Assembly (NCBI GenBank): GCA_977862235.1 | Contig: OZ374565.1 | Coordinates: 806,001 to 870,000, forward strand | Direction: 5' to 3' | DNA length: 64,000 nt | From: Dudresnaya verticillata | Lineage: Eukaryota | Shown: positions 1 to 11,254 of the stretch, one piece after another | Layout: every line of letters begins with the position of its first letter | How positions within the stretch are numbered: position 1 is the first letter of the stretch | Position numbers and translations under genes: made by a program | The notes under the pieces: generated by a model | What the model was told of the DNA's origin: nothing | What the model saw: the letters and a program-made list of their open reading frames with translations, nothing else | Database searches by the model: none

Positions 1-446
1 AACTCCGGAAGGTGTTTCTCCAGGTAGGAGCTAACAATAACCGGAACGGTGTCGGCGAGCGTGGTCTCAACCTCCTTGACCATGTTGGGTTGCACCTCTA
101 TACGGAGATGCTCCAACACCCGTGGGATGACTTCCGAAAGTATCCAATGGACACGATTGGAGTCACCTGGCTCGGATACACCCTTGCGGGAAGTGTCAGA
201 ACCAGGTCGGGATCTAGAGAGCTTACTGGCTACACCTTTAAGGAGTTCTTCGGGGTTCTCCATACCGGGGTTCAGGTCGGCAGCATCGCCACGGCGTGTT
301 CTTGTGGCTGAAGCTACCTCCGGTTCGGTGGGCTCACTGCGGCGTGTTCTCGCAGTAGAGGGCACCTCCGGGACGGTGTTATCGTCACCGCGGCGTGATC
401 TCGCGGTTGACGGCACCTCACCTTGATCCGATGCGGTAGGGCCCAT
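1..446 (-). CDS. 5' part of a gag-like ORF of a probable LTR retrotransposon, running off the window edge
   Basis: Hand translation from ATG 446 is open to the edge (MGPTASDQGEVPSTARSRRGDDNTVPEVPSTARTRRSEPTEPEVASATRTRRG...). It has three EVxS(T/A)xR(S/T)RR repeats and lies downstream of an LTR-like repeat. No diagnostic domain is visible. Confidence 0.55.
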   Translation of the reverse strand, partial: MGPTASDQGEVPSTARSRRGDDNTVPEVPSTARTRRSEPTEPEVASATRTRRGDAADLNPGMENPEELLKGVASKLSRSRPGSDTSRKGVSEPGDSNRVHWILSEVIPRVLEHLRIEVQPNMVKEVETTLADTVPVIVSSYLEKHLPE

Positions 447-944
447 GTGTTCTTCTATTCTTAGGTTACCAAAATGGAGTCAACGGGTGTTTTGCCTTGT
501 ACTGCCTTTACACCAATACGGAGTTGTCACGAAGCTGACCTCCTATCGAAGCGGAGTCCAACGGAGATTCTTCTACCTTGACGGCCTTCTAGGTCGGGAG
601 ACCAAAAAGATGTGGTGAAGTGAAAGGCACACCTGAAAGGAGAGCTGATCAGGCAATCCCAATAAGGAGTGATCTCACACTGCACCGGGGTGGTAGAGCT
701 TAGTTCGTAGACCGAAGGGAGTACCTCGAGCGGCAACACCTGTAAGGAGTAAAGGGACGCAACAGACAAGGGGGACGGTATAGTGCCAGGACAGCTACAC
801 CGGAACGGAGGTAAGAGGAATCCGTGTACGGGGCTGGCGAGGGGAAACCGTAAAGGAGTATGAGGGTAAGGCTTAGGGTAAGTCACTTTGCCCAGGGTTG
901 CGTACCCGTTTACTGTAGGACTCGTGGTGGCCACCCATTAATAT

Positions 945-2950
945 ACCGGGAGATACGCCCCGCGGTCCGGTCCCTGTGGGCCAGACCCCAATGGGTCTGG
1001 TCCACCAGGTGGGTCCGGCCCTACTGGTCCCGGTCACCGTTGCAGACATGCTCGGCATTCTTATTGGCCGGCTGACACTACGTACTGTACAGCATGATTA
1101 CAATTACCTAATTAAAAATAAATCAACTAATTGACTCCTATTGGTGGTGCGCGCAGACTCCAGCAAGGCGTACAGTGCCACTGTGTCGCTGCACTCCGTT
1201 TCGGCTTTTGGCACCAGCTCACCACTGTGCCGGGCGCGGGTCGGCTCAACCGTCGTCCGCACTCCGAAACGGCCGCTTCACCACACCAACGAAGGCAACT
1301 GCGCTGCTCCGTCCGCGGTTCCGCGTCAACCTACGTCCCAGACGCGCCTCTCTCTTTCTCTTTTTCACTTCCTATTTGTTGCTTTGTTTCCAACTTTACC
1401 GCCCGGGGCGATTACAGTCCGCCCTCGGCGTATTTCCTACGTTCTACTACATCCTCGCTACCAGCATGCTACACACCTGGATCGAACTACCCGGAGGTGC
1501 TACTCGTCGCTAGACGATTTTGCACCACATCTGGTCTCCCGACCTAGAAGAGTGCCTAGGAACCCTGCGGGTTCGGGTCGGCGCGGCTGATTACCCTGCG
1601 TGTCGGCGTCTGCATCCCCCTCCCATCACCTTCGTGCCGCATGCTTTGCGGCGCGCGTGGCGTGAGATCGCTATCGGCCCTTCTCGTGGTACGCTGATCC
1701 CCTATGGCGGGGTGTTTCTTGGGCAGACGGGTTGGCTCCCACTACACCGCCCGCATGCCCTTCTGCTGGCGAAGGGGAGCTCTGTGACCGGAACCAGCTT
1801 TTCAGTAGCCCCGCTGCTTGCCCGAATCGACCAAACGCCAGAGTACCGGTGAATAAATTTAGGCACGTACCTATCATAACTGTTAGTATACATCATTAGC
1901 TAACGGTTAGCATTGTAGCTCTGATGGAGCAGGTATTAATTTTCCGTCTTCCACCGTATTTATTAGCCTCCGACTAGTAAGGGCCGCGGACTTAACGGGC
2001 AGCGGTGTTTGACTGTGGTATAAAGAAGTCCACGGTGACGCGGGGAAGTCTCGCACTGTAAGCAATGGCCTCGGAGCCTAACGAATGGCCTCATAGCCTA
2101 ACAGAGAAACGAAAAGGGTTGGTAGCGTGGTAGAGCGGAGCGACCAACACGAAGGACCACGGTGTCAACGTATTCGTGTGCGGAAGAGATAACTCGAGCG
2201 TTCGATCATCGGGTATGACTCTGGGTGCGCGTGGCTATCTAAAGCAAGGCTCGACCGTATCCGCGGTCACGAAGACGAAGACACCGAACGCGAAGAAACA
2301 GGCGTTTACCGAAGACTACGAGGTCCGGGCGCTAGTCGCTTACCGGAAACGCTCGGAGGTTGTGCCAGACGACTGGTTAAGTAATAATACGAGAGCACGA
2401 ATGCCCGTCAACGCGGGAGACGGTTCGTAGTCGAATGATTCGTAACGGCCTCGGTGCCAACGAACGGTCGCCTCACGTATGGTGGTGGTTACGAAGTGCC
2501 GCAGCGATGAATACGTAGGTGCGTATGTCTCGTGGCCCCCGGTGCCGTTACGCGCGGGAAACAACGGGAAAGGCACGAAGGTGTCAGCGATTTCGTATCG
2601 TGTGCGCACTGTAATTCGAATGCCATTGTGGCGCACGCACAGCATGCGCACTGTAATTCGTTTGCCATCCTGGCGTGCGGATTCACGGACTCAGTTCGAA
2701 ATTCGTATTTCGCGATTATTTTCACGTAGGACATGGAGTCGTTTCGCGGACAGCGTCTATACCACATTGACTTAGGGGGTTCCTTTTTGCGGGACGCTCA
2801 CGGTGCCGCGGCTACAATCCCCTTTACGCGGCTAAAAGACATGTTACCTACGACAACAACTCTAAACAGTACGGTTTGCGTTCCCTTTTCCCCTTTGGCA
2901 CGGTTTCCTGCCCTCGAAAGTCTCTACCATCCCCTTTATCGAGATACCAA
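945..2950 (-). mobile_element. LTR-like repeat (family C), interrupted by a solo LTR; outer boundary approximate
   Basis: 945-1170 is homologous to the reverse complement of ~62020-62240 (GCGGTCCGGTCC..CAGA..GGGTCTGG..GGCCCT.CTGGTCCC..ATTGGC). On the minus strand it is followed by a PBS-like TGGGTGGCCACCACGAG and the gag-like ORF. Confidence 0.5.
2014..2766. mobile_element. Solo LTR, family B
   Basis: Inverted termini TGTGGTATA...TATACCACA; perfect TSD TTGAC (2009-2013 / 2767-2771); homologous to 62388-63988. Confidence 0.9.
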
Positions 2951-3051
2951 CCCTGGGAGTGGGATCGAGCTTTCAGGACAGCCGTCGTGCTGTGTGTCCA
3001 TCTACTCTGGGTTTAAAGCCATTCTACTACACAAAACCCGCCCGCGGAGGC

Positions 3052-3131
3052 GGATGGGTGGTTCAGTGGTTGACTGCTTTACCGCTGCGCCGTCGATTCC
3101 GGGAAACCGAGTTCGACTCTCGCCAGGTCCC
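3052..3131 (+). ncRNA. tRNA-derived SINE head or tRNA pseudogene
   Basis: A-box TGGTTCAGTGG (3059-3069); B-box GAGTTCGACTC (3109-3119) in a CGAG-TTCGACT-CTCG T-arm; imperfect acceptor stem; no clean anticodon arm. Confidence 0.6.
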
Positions 3132-4903
3132 ATGGTTCTACATTTTGCTCAAGTATTTTTCCCCACGAGGTTGTTTGCCCATTCTTCTCATGGAGCGTCT
3201 GGACTGCCTCCAGATTACGGATGTGAGCCCGTCTAGTGCACCATACAGTAGATATCTGGTTGGTAGGGCGTGTGCCTGCAAATGGGCCTTAGTCGCCCGC
3301 GCAACCGGGCACGTTAAAGATTCAATAAATTTCAACATCACAAACGTCGCAGAGTTTTGATTTGTGCTTCCTGAAGCCTTGTATATAACGTGTCAATGTG
3401 TAATCCTATAGGAGGGTGCCATTCTCTTAATGTGTCCCTGGAGGTCTTTCAGTCTTCTTAGGAGCTCCTCTATCTGGCCTTGAAATTGGTTCATCTGAGT
3501 CAGACGGAAAAATGCGGCCTCATCCTCCTTTTCGTCCTGCTCATTCACACGGTATTAATACCAGCACAGGCAATCGACTTTCTAGAATGGGTTTCAATAC
3601 CGCACTATGATGTTCTGCCATAGTGCCTTGAACTTGTGCAAAGGAACCACTTAGGATCTCTACTGTAGACGTGAGCTCGGTCGCCGTCTCTTCGGACTTC
3701 TCCAAGACGGACTTGATACTTTCGAGACTCCCCTCGAGGTCAGTGAGTCGGTCCGTGTTAGTGCGGCGGTCAGATATCTTAACAATGACTGAAACGCACT
3801 TTTTCCTCGCCCACAGTTGCTCACTCCTCAGATCCACAGCGGCGAACGTTTTCGTTCTGCCCTGTGCGTGACTCAATCCCTTCCTCGAACCAATATTTAC
3901 ACAAGCAGACCGCAACCCGGTTGTTCTTGCCTATCCACCCGCTGGACAGACCTTCGACAAACTCACAAGACACAAAAAGTTTAAACGTATTGTTAATAGC
4001 GGTTTCCTTCGTTTTGTGTTTAGTATCCAGCTACTCTAGTCCACTCAATCTATTTATAATACTATAGTTCCGCCTTTTCTAAGGCCACCCTCACAGTCTT
4101 GCCTAGAAAGAGTTCTACATTTTTTGTGAGTCAGAGAGAATCACGCTCCGCGGAAGTGTCTGCATCCCGTGACTTCGTCTGACGGAGCCAGAGGACACTA
4201 CGCAATGCCTCGATATCGTCAATCCGCCTCCAGCGTATATTACTTTGATCAGCAGTCTATCTCCGTAGTCACCAGTCCGCCACCACCGGAGTCTTTTCTC
4301 TAACAGAAACCCCAACTACTGTTTGAAAGGGTCACGGTCATGAGGATACACTCTATGGTTCAAGCACAATCGTTGCGTCCAGGAAAATTGATTGCTGGCG
4401 AGCAACAGTGGGTTATTCAAGCACATCAAGGCTCTCTTGGAAGCAGAAGTGATCTTCATCTCAAGTAGGCTACTTTCATTCTTCCCATCGCTGGACGAAT
4501 TTTGCGGTAGAGTACAGAACAAAAGTGGAAAAAGCTCGATATATCAAACGACGAGAGAAACTTTTGAAATTGAAAAGGAAAAGACTACTTTTATGGGACA
4601 TGAACGCATGAGAAAGTGGGTTGGGGGTGGGGCACTCACGTATGAAATATCTTGATGGTTACAAGGGTATGGGGATATACAATTTCTTGTCATGTTTCTT
4701 ATCCCAGCAGCAACACCTTTATTTCCATCTATGGATCGGCCCCTGTAGTCGATTCTTGTACTAGGCATGGGATACGGCATTCTTTGTTTTGCAAATAGGC
4801 CTACTTATACTCGCTAATGGCAGACTATCTATTGTCGACATTCTTATAACATCTGCGTTAGCATTTTCCATCAAGAATTCTGAGCAGCCATATTCTGTCC
4901 CTG

Positions 4904-5845
4904 TCATTCGAATAGGAAAGTCTCATTGAATATTTCACTTCCATCAGGAGCATTGCTGCTCTTCTTTCTCATGAACAGTTCAACCCCATCTATCGAGACT
5001 CGTACGAAGAAGCTAGTGGGAGAATCAAAACAGTTTCTAGCACCTTCCACAACAACTCGATATTCGCCCTTTTGAACGACATTTGAAGCACCAGCAAGTC
5101 TTGCTCTATAGGATATGACCTCCTTCCCGGATAAATTCCCTCCAAAGCATGCCCTCTTAATATCGTCGTTAAATAAAATCCCCGTCTCTGTTCTGGGATT
5201 AAATCTGTTCAGCCGATTTCCATCAGGCTCGACGACTACAAGGTCGAGATCATCGTTTCCAAGCCACTCAAGTTCAACCAAAATCCTTGATGTAATTGTG
5301 GCGAACGCGACACAGTCTTGTTTACGCCCTTTGGTGTTAACAATTCTTTTTACCTTGCCGTTCCTGATGTTCACATTTTCGTAAGCAAGTATAGGCAGCT
5401 TGATGCAACGGTTGTTTAAGAACTTCTGTTGATTGCCTTCATTCGGTTTTTTCGAAATCCCAGATTTTCCAAAGACTGTAACCCTTTTGGAGAAGAAAAA
5501 GTTCTTGGCAAACTTAGGGATAACTTTGCCCCGTTTTCCCAGACCTTCCCATTCTGACAACTTCACGTCGCGGTCTTCCAGTTCCAGAATTGGATCGCCA
5601 GTCTTTCTAATGAACCCAATATTGTCCTTCCCGCTTCTCGTGCAGACAAACGGGCCGCTGGCAACACGGTTCGGCGGGCGCAGAGGAAGAAATCTCGTTC
5701 GAACTGCTTTCTTCCCACTTCTTGAGCATAGTTGGAAGCGGCAAATAGACCCACAATTCATTGGTTGCGCAGATACAGAACCTCCAAAGCTGGTGAGGAC
5801 AAGCCAGAGATTGCCTGCGAAAAGGAGGTTTGAGGATAGACCCAT
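4904..5845 (-). CDS. Secreted Cys-rich protein with C-terminal YfaP/DUF2135-like domain, paralogue 1
   Basis: Intact ORF from ATG 5845; signal peptide MGLSSNLLFAGNLWLVLTSFGGSVSA; motifs CGSICRFQLC, GPFVC, GNQ, CIKLPI, DCVAF, VELEWLGNDDLDLVVVEPDG, SGKE shared with three neighbours. Confidence 0.9.
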   Translation of the reverse strand: MGLSSNLLFAGNLWLVLTSFGGSVSAQPMNCGSICRFQLCSRSGKKAVRTRFLPLRPPNRVASGPFVCTRSGKDNIGFIRKTGDPILELEDRDVKLSEWEGLGKRGKVIPKFAKNFFFSKRVTVFGKSGISKKPNEGNQQKFLNNRCIKLPILAYENVNIRNGKVKRIVNTKGRKQDCVAFATITSRILVELEWLGNDDLDLVVVEPDGNRLNRFNPRTETGILFNDDIKRACFGGNLSGKEVISYRARLAGASNVVQKGEYRVVVEGARNCFDSPTSFFVRVSIDGVELFMRKKSSNAPDGSEIFNETFLFE

Positions 5846-7808
5846 TGTTATTCTAGCGGAGAGAGGTATCGATGATGGCCTTCCCGTCACTCCATCTCTC
5901 CATCCCTTTCCGTCCGTCCCTTAAATATGCTTTTCAAATTCTCTCTCTCCTCATGCATATGAATTGACATTGCCTTCTGTCCAGACAGTCTCCGATTCTT
6001 GCATTGGGAAATTGTCGCAATGTTTGACAAATTTTTGCAGCTGAAACGCCCACTGTGTACACCCACCTCCTCTAAGACAGCGTATTTATTGTCACGCACT
6101 GGTATGAATTTGTTTAAGTGTTTGCAGCGCGGTTTGCACTTTCGGCTAGGGTAGGAAACCGTATGCTGGATACATTGTACCACAAGAAGAAGGTATGTTT
6201 TGCATCAACTTGAGTTCAATGTCACAATTGTCGTCCAGGAAGGCAGACATAGACAATGCTATATTGACTCCCTTGACTCTCTTCTTCCTGATAATGTTAT
6301 TGAAAAACTTGTATGGGGATTCCAAAGGAATGTGTGTCACAATGCACTGTGTGCTGTGACAAGAAGCTATCAGTCTGGGGTAGATGGGCATATCGACAGC
6401 CTTGTTTCCGCATGCATGACAAAAAGACCGACAACATGCATCCAATAAATGAATGACCAATAAGCGAACATTCACGATATCTGAACACAAAACAGGGACA
6501 TCAAAGTCACAAGCAGGAAGAGTTATCTTCGAAGGTAATAACCAAAATAATCACATAATGTTCTCTCGAGATTTGCATGCCCATTGTTGCATTCTCAGGA
6601 TCACCGAGAGAAATTCTACCGTATCCTACGTAGTTACTACGTCGTAACCTACATAGTCTCAGTCTCTTTGTCATTCTGGAGGACCTGGTGGGTTTCGAAA
6701 CGGTCAATGAGCCGTAGAGAGGGGAACTCTATTGAGAAGAGAGATAGGGGCCCTCTGGGTCGCCTGCGGCCACTGTTCAAAGGCGAGGACAAGACGGCGG
6801 GAGGAGGGAAAACGAGCATTTTGCGCTCATGGACTACAGTAGCGTCCCTTCCCGCTGTAAACTATCAAGCCCAATTGCACTGCCCGGTATTGCACGGCGG
6901 CAACGGCTCATCCTCAGCCATCATCCTCATTACCCTTCCCCGCGGTCTTCACCCCGCATCACATCCCTCCCCCTTTTTCATCCATAGCTTTGCAGAGTAG
7001 CAATGCCTGTAATGAATCGATTGCAGCGCCACCTTCGACTTACCATAGCGCACACGGCGCGAACCGTGCCGGAAGAAGACTACTATTCAACACCATTTTT
7101 CACGAATCATTTTTCGCAAGAAGAGTATATGATCGCATTCTGTAAGCTCCTCATCATAAGATACCAGTCCGTGGACGGATTAGTCTCGGGAAATGAATCT
7201 ATGAAACGAACAAGATTCCATGTCAAAAAGGAAAGGGTCTGCATCCAATGACCTTGAACAGCCGCTATCACACAATTTTCTTCCTGACATGTAGGAAGGC
7301 AATAGTCGTTTTGTCATGCATGCGGAAACAATGATGTGCCATCTTTCTGCCTTTCCGGAGAAGATCATGCGTGAAATGCTTGCAATGCAGTGGAGAATCG
7401 GAACCAAACTGAAAACTGATGAAAGCTTCGAAAGTTCCCACCTTTGGCAGGTGCTGTCGAAGATCCTCATCTACTATTTTATTCTGATGCTACGCTGCAT
7501 CAAAGGATTCAATAGATAGCTGTGCCGTTGCAGTTATTTCTCCATGATACCCCATATTTTGAAAATGAGGGGGAATGGGGAACTGTATAGGGGGTAACGG
7601 GGAGCTTTACTATGCGCCCTCCAAACTACAATTAAAAATGACAAACGCCGAAGGAGGCGTTCGCAGCGAATACCCAGCACAAGGCGGACTTTGTGCCGGA
7701 AGGGAATGTGCTCTACTGAAGCTCTGCAGTAACGACGCCCCGATTCGAACTTTTGAAGGAATGACAATGGAACCACAGCACGCCAACACACAGTGCAACT
7801 ACTTTGGG

Positions 7809-8720
7809 TCAGACAGTAAAGGACGTAGATACTATAACTTCACTGAAGTCCAGGTCAGAATCCCTAGACTGGTTAACAACAAGCTTCCCATCAACAGAAA
7901 CGCGCAGTACCCAAGGCGTAGGCCCATCGCCGCAGTTCTGAAAGTGCTGGACCTCAACCTTGTACTGGCCCTTCTCAACATCCGGATCGATGAGATAGAC
8001 TACAAGCTCCTTGCCGGAACGGATCTTATTGAAACACTTTTCCGGGTTGACGTCCTGCAAAAGTCTGCCCTTCTCTGAGCGCTTGTTAAACTTGTTGACC
8101 TTGTCCCCATCCGGTTCCTCTACAAACAAATCGAGGTCATCGCGACCGACCCACTCTAGCTCGACAAAAATGGAACTGGTTCGGGCGATGAACGACACAC
8201 AGTCCCTTTTGCGACCCTTGGTATTAACGACCTTGACGACTTTCCCAGTCTTCCGATTAACCTTTTGAAAGCGGAGGATGGGAAGCCTGATGCAGGCGTT
8301 CTGCACAGCCTGCATCTGGTTGCCCTTAAACGGCTTTCGCGCAATGGAGCTCTTCCGAAATACAGGGACCTCGCCAGCGAAGAAGAAGCGCGGCGCGAAC
8401 GGGGTGGAAAGCCCGGGCGGTGCCCAGTCGCGCAGGGGGACATCCGGGTCGTTTGCGCGACGCGCGCGCACGAAGGGCTCGCCGGTACGCAGGATGTATT
8501 CCACGCCGTCGGTGAGCTTCCGGCGGCAGATAACGGGGCCTTGCGCGGAAAAGCGCGGCGGGCGAAGCTGCAGGCGGCGGCCTCGCGGGGCGAGCTGGCC
8601 GTTGCCGACGTTGCAGAAGCGGAACTTGCAGGAGAAGTCGCATGGTTTGGCTTCCGTGCCGGCCGGGAGCGACGAAATATGCAATGTGAGGAGCAGCAGC
8701 AACGGGAGGACGGGTTGCAT
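7809..8720 (-). CDS. Secreted Cys-rich protein with YfaP/DUF2135-like domain, paralogue 2
   Basis: 303 aa; signal peptide MQPVLPLLLLLTLHISSLPAGTEA; CDFSCKFRFC, GPVIC, GNQ, CIRLPI, DCVSF, VELEWVGRDDLDLFVEEPDG. Confidence 0.92.
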   Translation of the reverse strand: MQPVLPLLLLLTLHISSLPAGTEAKPCDFSCKFRFCNVGNGQLAPRGRRLQLRPPRFSAQGPVICRRKLTDGVEYILRTGEPFVRARRANDPDVPLRDWAPPGLSTPFAPRFFFAGEVPVFRKSSIARKPFKGNQMQAVQNACIRLPILRFQKVNRKTGKVVKVVNTKGRKRDCVSFIARTSSIFVELEWVGRDDLDLFVEEPDGDKVNKFNKRSEKGRLLQDVNPEKCFNKIRSGKELVVYLIDPDVEKGQYKVEVQHFQNCGDGPTPWVLRVSVDGKLVVNQSRDSDLDFSEVIVSTSFTV

Positions 8721-11153
8721 GTTGGGGGCCGCGCCTTTGGTCGACGGAGAGGGGTAGGATTTGGACTACCGGTCGCCCGGTTGTTCCGTGGTGCAGTCGT
8801 GCCTGAACTTGTGGCTGCTGGTGCGAACGTGAGCGCGCGCTGTTATGCCGTTTGCAACAAACGGTGATCTGCTTGCGACAAACGGTGATCTGCTTGCGAC
8901 CAGAAACTCGCCAGGCGAGTGACGGCTGCTGGGGACGCATCTCCGCAATTCCCTCCGTTTCCCTCGCCGTTGACACAAACAGTCCAAGCTGTGCGGTGCG
9001 CCGGACACAAGCCTGCCGAAAGGGTTCGCTCGCTCCGCGCAGCCGCCGCACGCGCAGGCGACGTTGCCGGCTCGCGGGGAGCGAGCGCCGCCGCTTTGAG
9101 GTCAAGGTGTCGACACAAGGGACAACAGCCAACTCGGCGTGCTCGTCCCGCCGGCCACCCACACACTGCCGATGCGGCGCTCGCACGCGTGTCGCCTCGT
9201 GCAACCCCACGGCGAACTGAGACAACATGTCATCCGCCGCGCTCGCTCCCGCCGCGCGCGCTCGCGTGATGGGCAGGCGTCACGCTGAATCACGCTGAGT
9301 CACGCTACCTCCGTCCCTCCTTTGACGACCTTCATGACTGTCCTTTTCCATCTCCTCCCATATACACCATCTGCCAACAGCTTGCTGCTCATCAAGAACA
9401 CCGCCCCACTCCTTACACAGTTCCTTCTCTGGACATTCTCAGCCGAAACAGTCGCCGCCGAGCTGAGCCGTTCTTCTTGTCGTGCCAGGCCGTTTGTCTC
9501 CAGCCTGACTCCAGCACCGCGCAACCCTCCCTGTCAGCACTAATCCTGCATCACCATACCCCCGCGCTCCCAAACTGGGCAAAATTACCCAATCAGTCTT
9601 CGTAGCTCCTCACCCGTTCCCAGCATGCGACCAGGATTTGTCTTGCCATCTCTCTTGACCCTAGAAGTGTCTAGATCCAAGGCGACCTAGCGCCGCTACC
9701 CCTCTTCTGAATAAAGTTCCCCCCTCTCTCTCTAGCCAAATTAAACCTTAGTGGCACCGTGTACCCAGCCCGTCAAACAGCTCTCTAACTGAATCTCTAG
9801 TCTGCGCTTTCCAACCTCGCGCCATGCCAGTCGGAGCGGCATTCAATTCCTTCATAACACAAGCTCTTTACCAGACATCCCCAGTGCTCACCGCTTAGTC
9901 ACCACCAACACCATAGAATCACTATCCGCCCCAGTATATGTCGAGACAGCCATCACACTTCTTCAAGCACATTATCTGCCCTGCACGACTCCTTGCCAAA
10001 GAGCTCTCCCCGTCCGTCAGAAAGTCCCTTCCCCGCGCACATCGCGCTTTTGGCTCCGACGGTGACAATACCACTATTCCAGAGAGTTCCCCACGTCATG
10101 CATTGCATTGTACCTTCTCTGCAACACTCAGAATCTGTTCCGAAGCAGTGCACAAGAGGAAGAGAGTCTGTTCAGGAAGTGGAATGTGAAATCTTTGCAG
10201 CGCTCTGATGATCTTACGGTGCTCTCTTCGATACTCTTCTTCGCCGTTATCAAAGCGATTCCTTTGCATCCCCGTGTGATTATTCCTCTTTCGAGCACCT
10301 CTTGCGCCCTTGCTGTAGCTATTGCTTAGTTGTCTGCACTCACACTCCCTTGCATGACCCAGGCAGCCAGTACAGAAACCCAGGCCTTGTCTTCCTCCAC
10401 CGCGAGCTCGCGGTCCAGACACTCTGACTGCAGAGATGTGCAATGCCATCAAGGCTGACAAAGAAAAGCGATTCGCCTTGCTGTTACCTGACATGGGAAA
10501 GAGCGCAAGCTGAATGAAGCCCTTGTATAGCTGGCCGCTTCTGCCTGAACGTCTTGTTTTCTTTGTTGCGGGTTTAGCCATAACGTGCCACAGCTTCCAG
10601 ATCTTGCAAAGTGCATTCGTCAGCATTGAAAGACCACTGTTGGTTCTCTCTCAGCTTACTGGCTTTGAGCCTCCAAGGTTCAGGGTGCAAGAGGCCAAGC
10701 AGTGCCCTGCCCCAATGGTAACCATGCCCATTGTGCCTCGGTGTTGCTGTGTCATATACAGCATACCTGAATCAGGCAACCTGGTGTTTTCAAGGCATAG
10801 TCAAGCAGTTTCCCACCTCCAAACAAACTTGAAGAGGAGCAGGCTCCAGGCTCCTGGCCATTTGCAAAGCTTTAGCTTTCAGCGCACAAATCATATCGCA
10901 AGGAGCAGATGACGCCATGCGTCCCAACAACCTGTGACAAAGCGCTGAGTGAAATTCAACACGCCGCTTGGACCGCGTGACGACTTGTCAAGCTCTGTCC
11001 GTCCAACGGGGTCGCTTCCATTATGCCTCAGACTATGGGTAGCCGTTCTTCTGGCACCCGCATGGGTTCTATTGGTGCAATAGGCCCCTAAAACCTCAAC
11101 GATTACAACTGCACAACCTGAGAGAACATCGCTGGCGACTTCTTCTCGTCCAC

Positions 11154-11159
11154 TATAAA
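11154..11159 (+). promoter_or_regulatory. Candidate TATA box of paralogue 3
   Basis: TATAAA about 100 bp upstream of ATG 11255. Similar AT boxes precede paralogue 4 (CATAAAA 14071-14077) and paralogue 1 (TATTTAA, minus strand, 5921-5927). Confidence 0.4.
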
Positions 11160-11254
11160 GCTACCCTCGCTATTGCTCCTTATGGGATCCGCATGACGAC
11201 TATTCGTGACATCAATCCTCATCACTCCATCGCAACCGCATCCTCGAAGAAGAA

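Noticed and set aside
3052..3131. Functional tRNA gene
   Set aside because: Acceptor stem has mismatches and there is no proper anticodon arm; kept as a SINE-like head.
3541..4530. Gene call for the coiled-coil-like ORF 3541..3915 and its neighbours
   Set aside because: Short, broken and without a diagnostic motif; probably a retroelement relic but not supportable.
8265..9269. Long overlapping ORFs (8326..9228, 8265..8867 and others)
   Set aside because: Alternative-frame or antisense shadows of GC-rich paralogue 2 and its upstream region; no motifs.
10096..10912. Fifth paralogue pseudogene between genes 2 and 3
   Set aside because: None of the family motifs (GNQ, LPI, DCVxF, DDLDL) were found in the frames I read.
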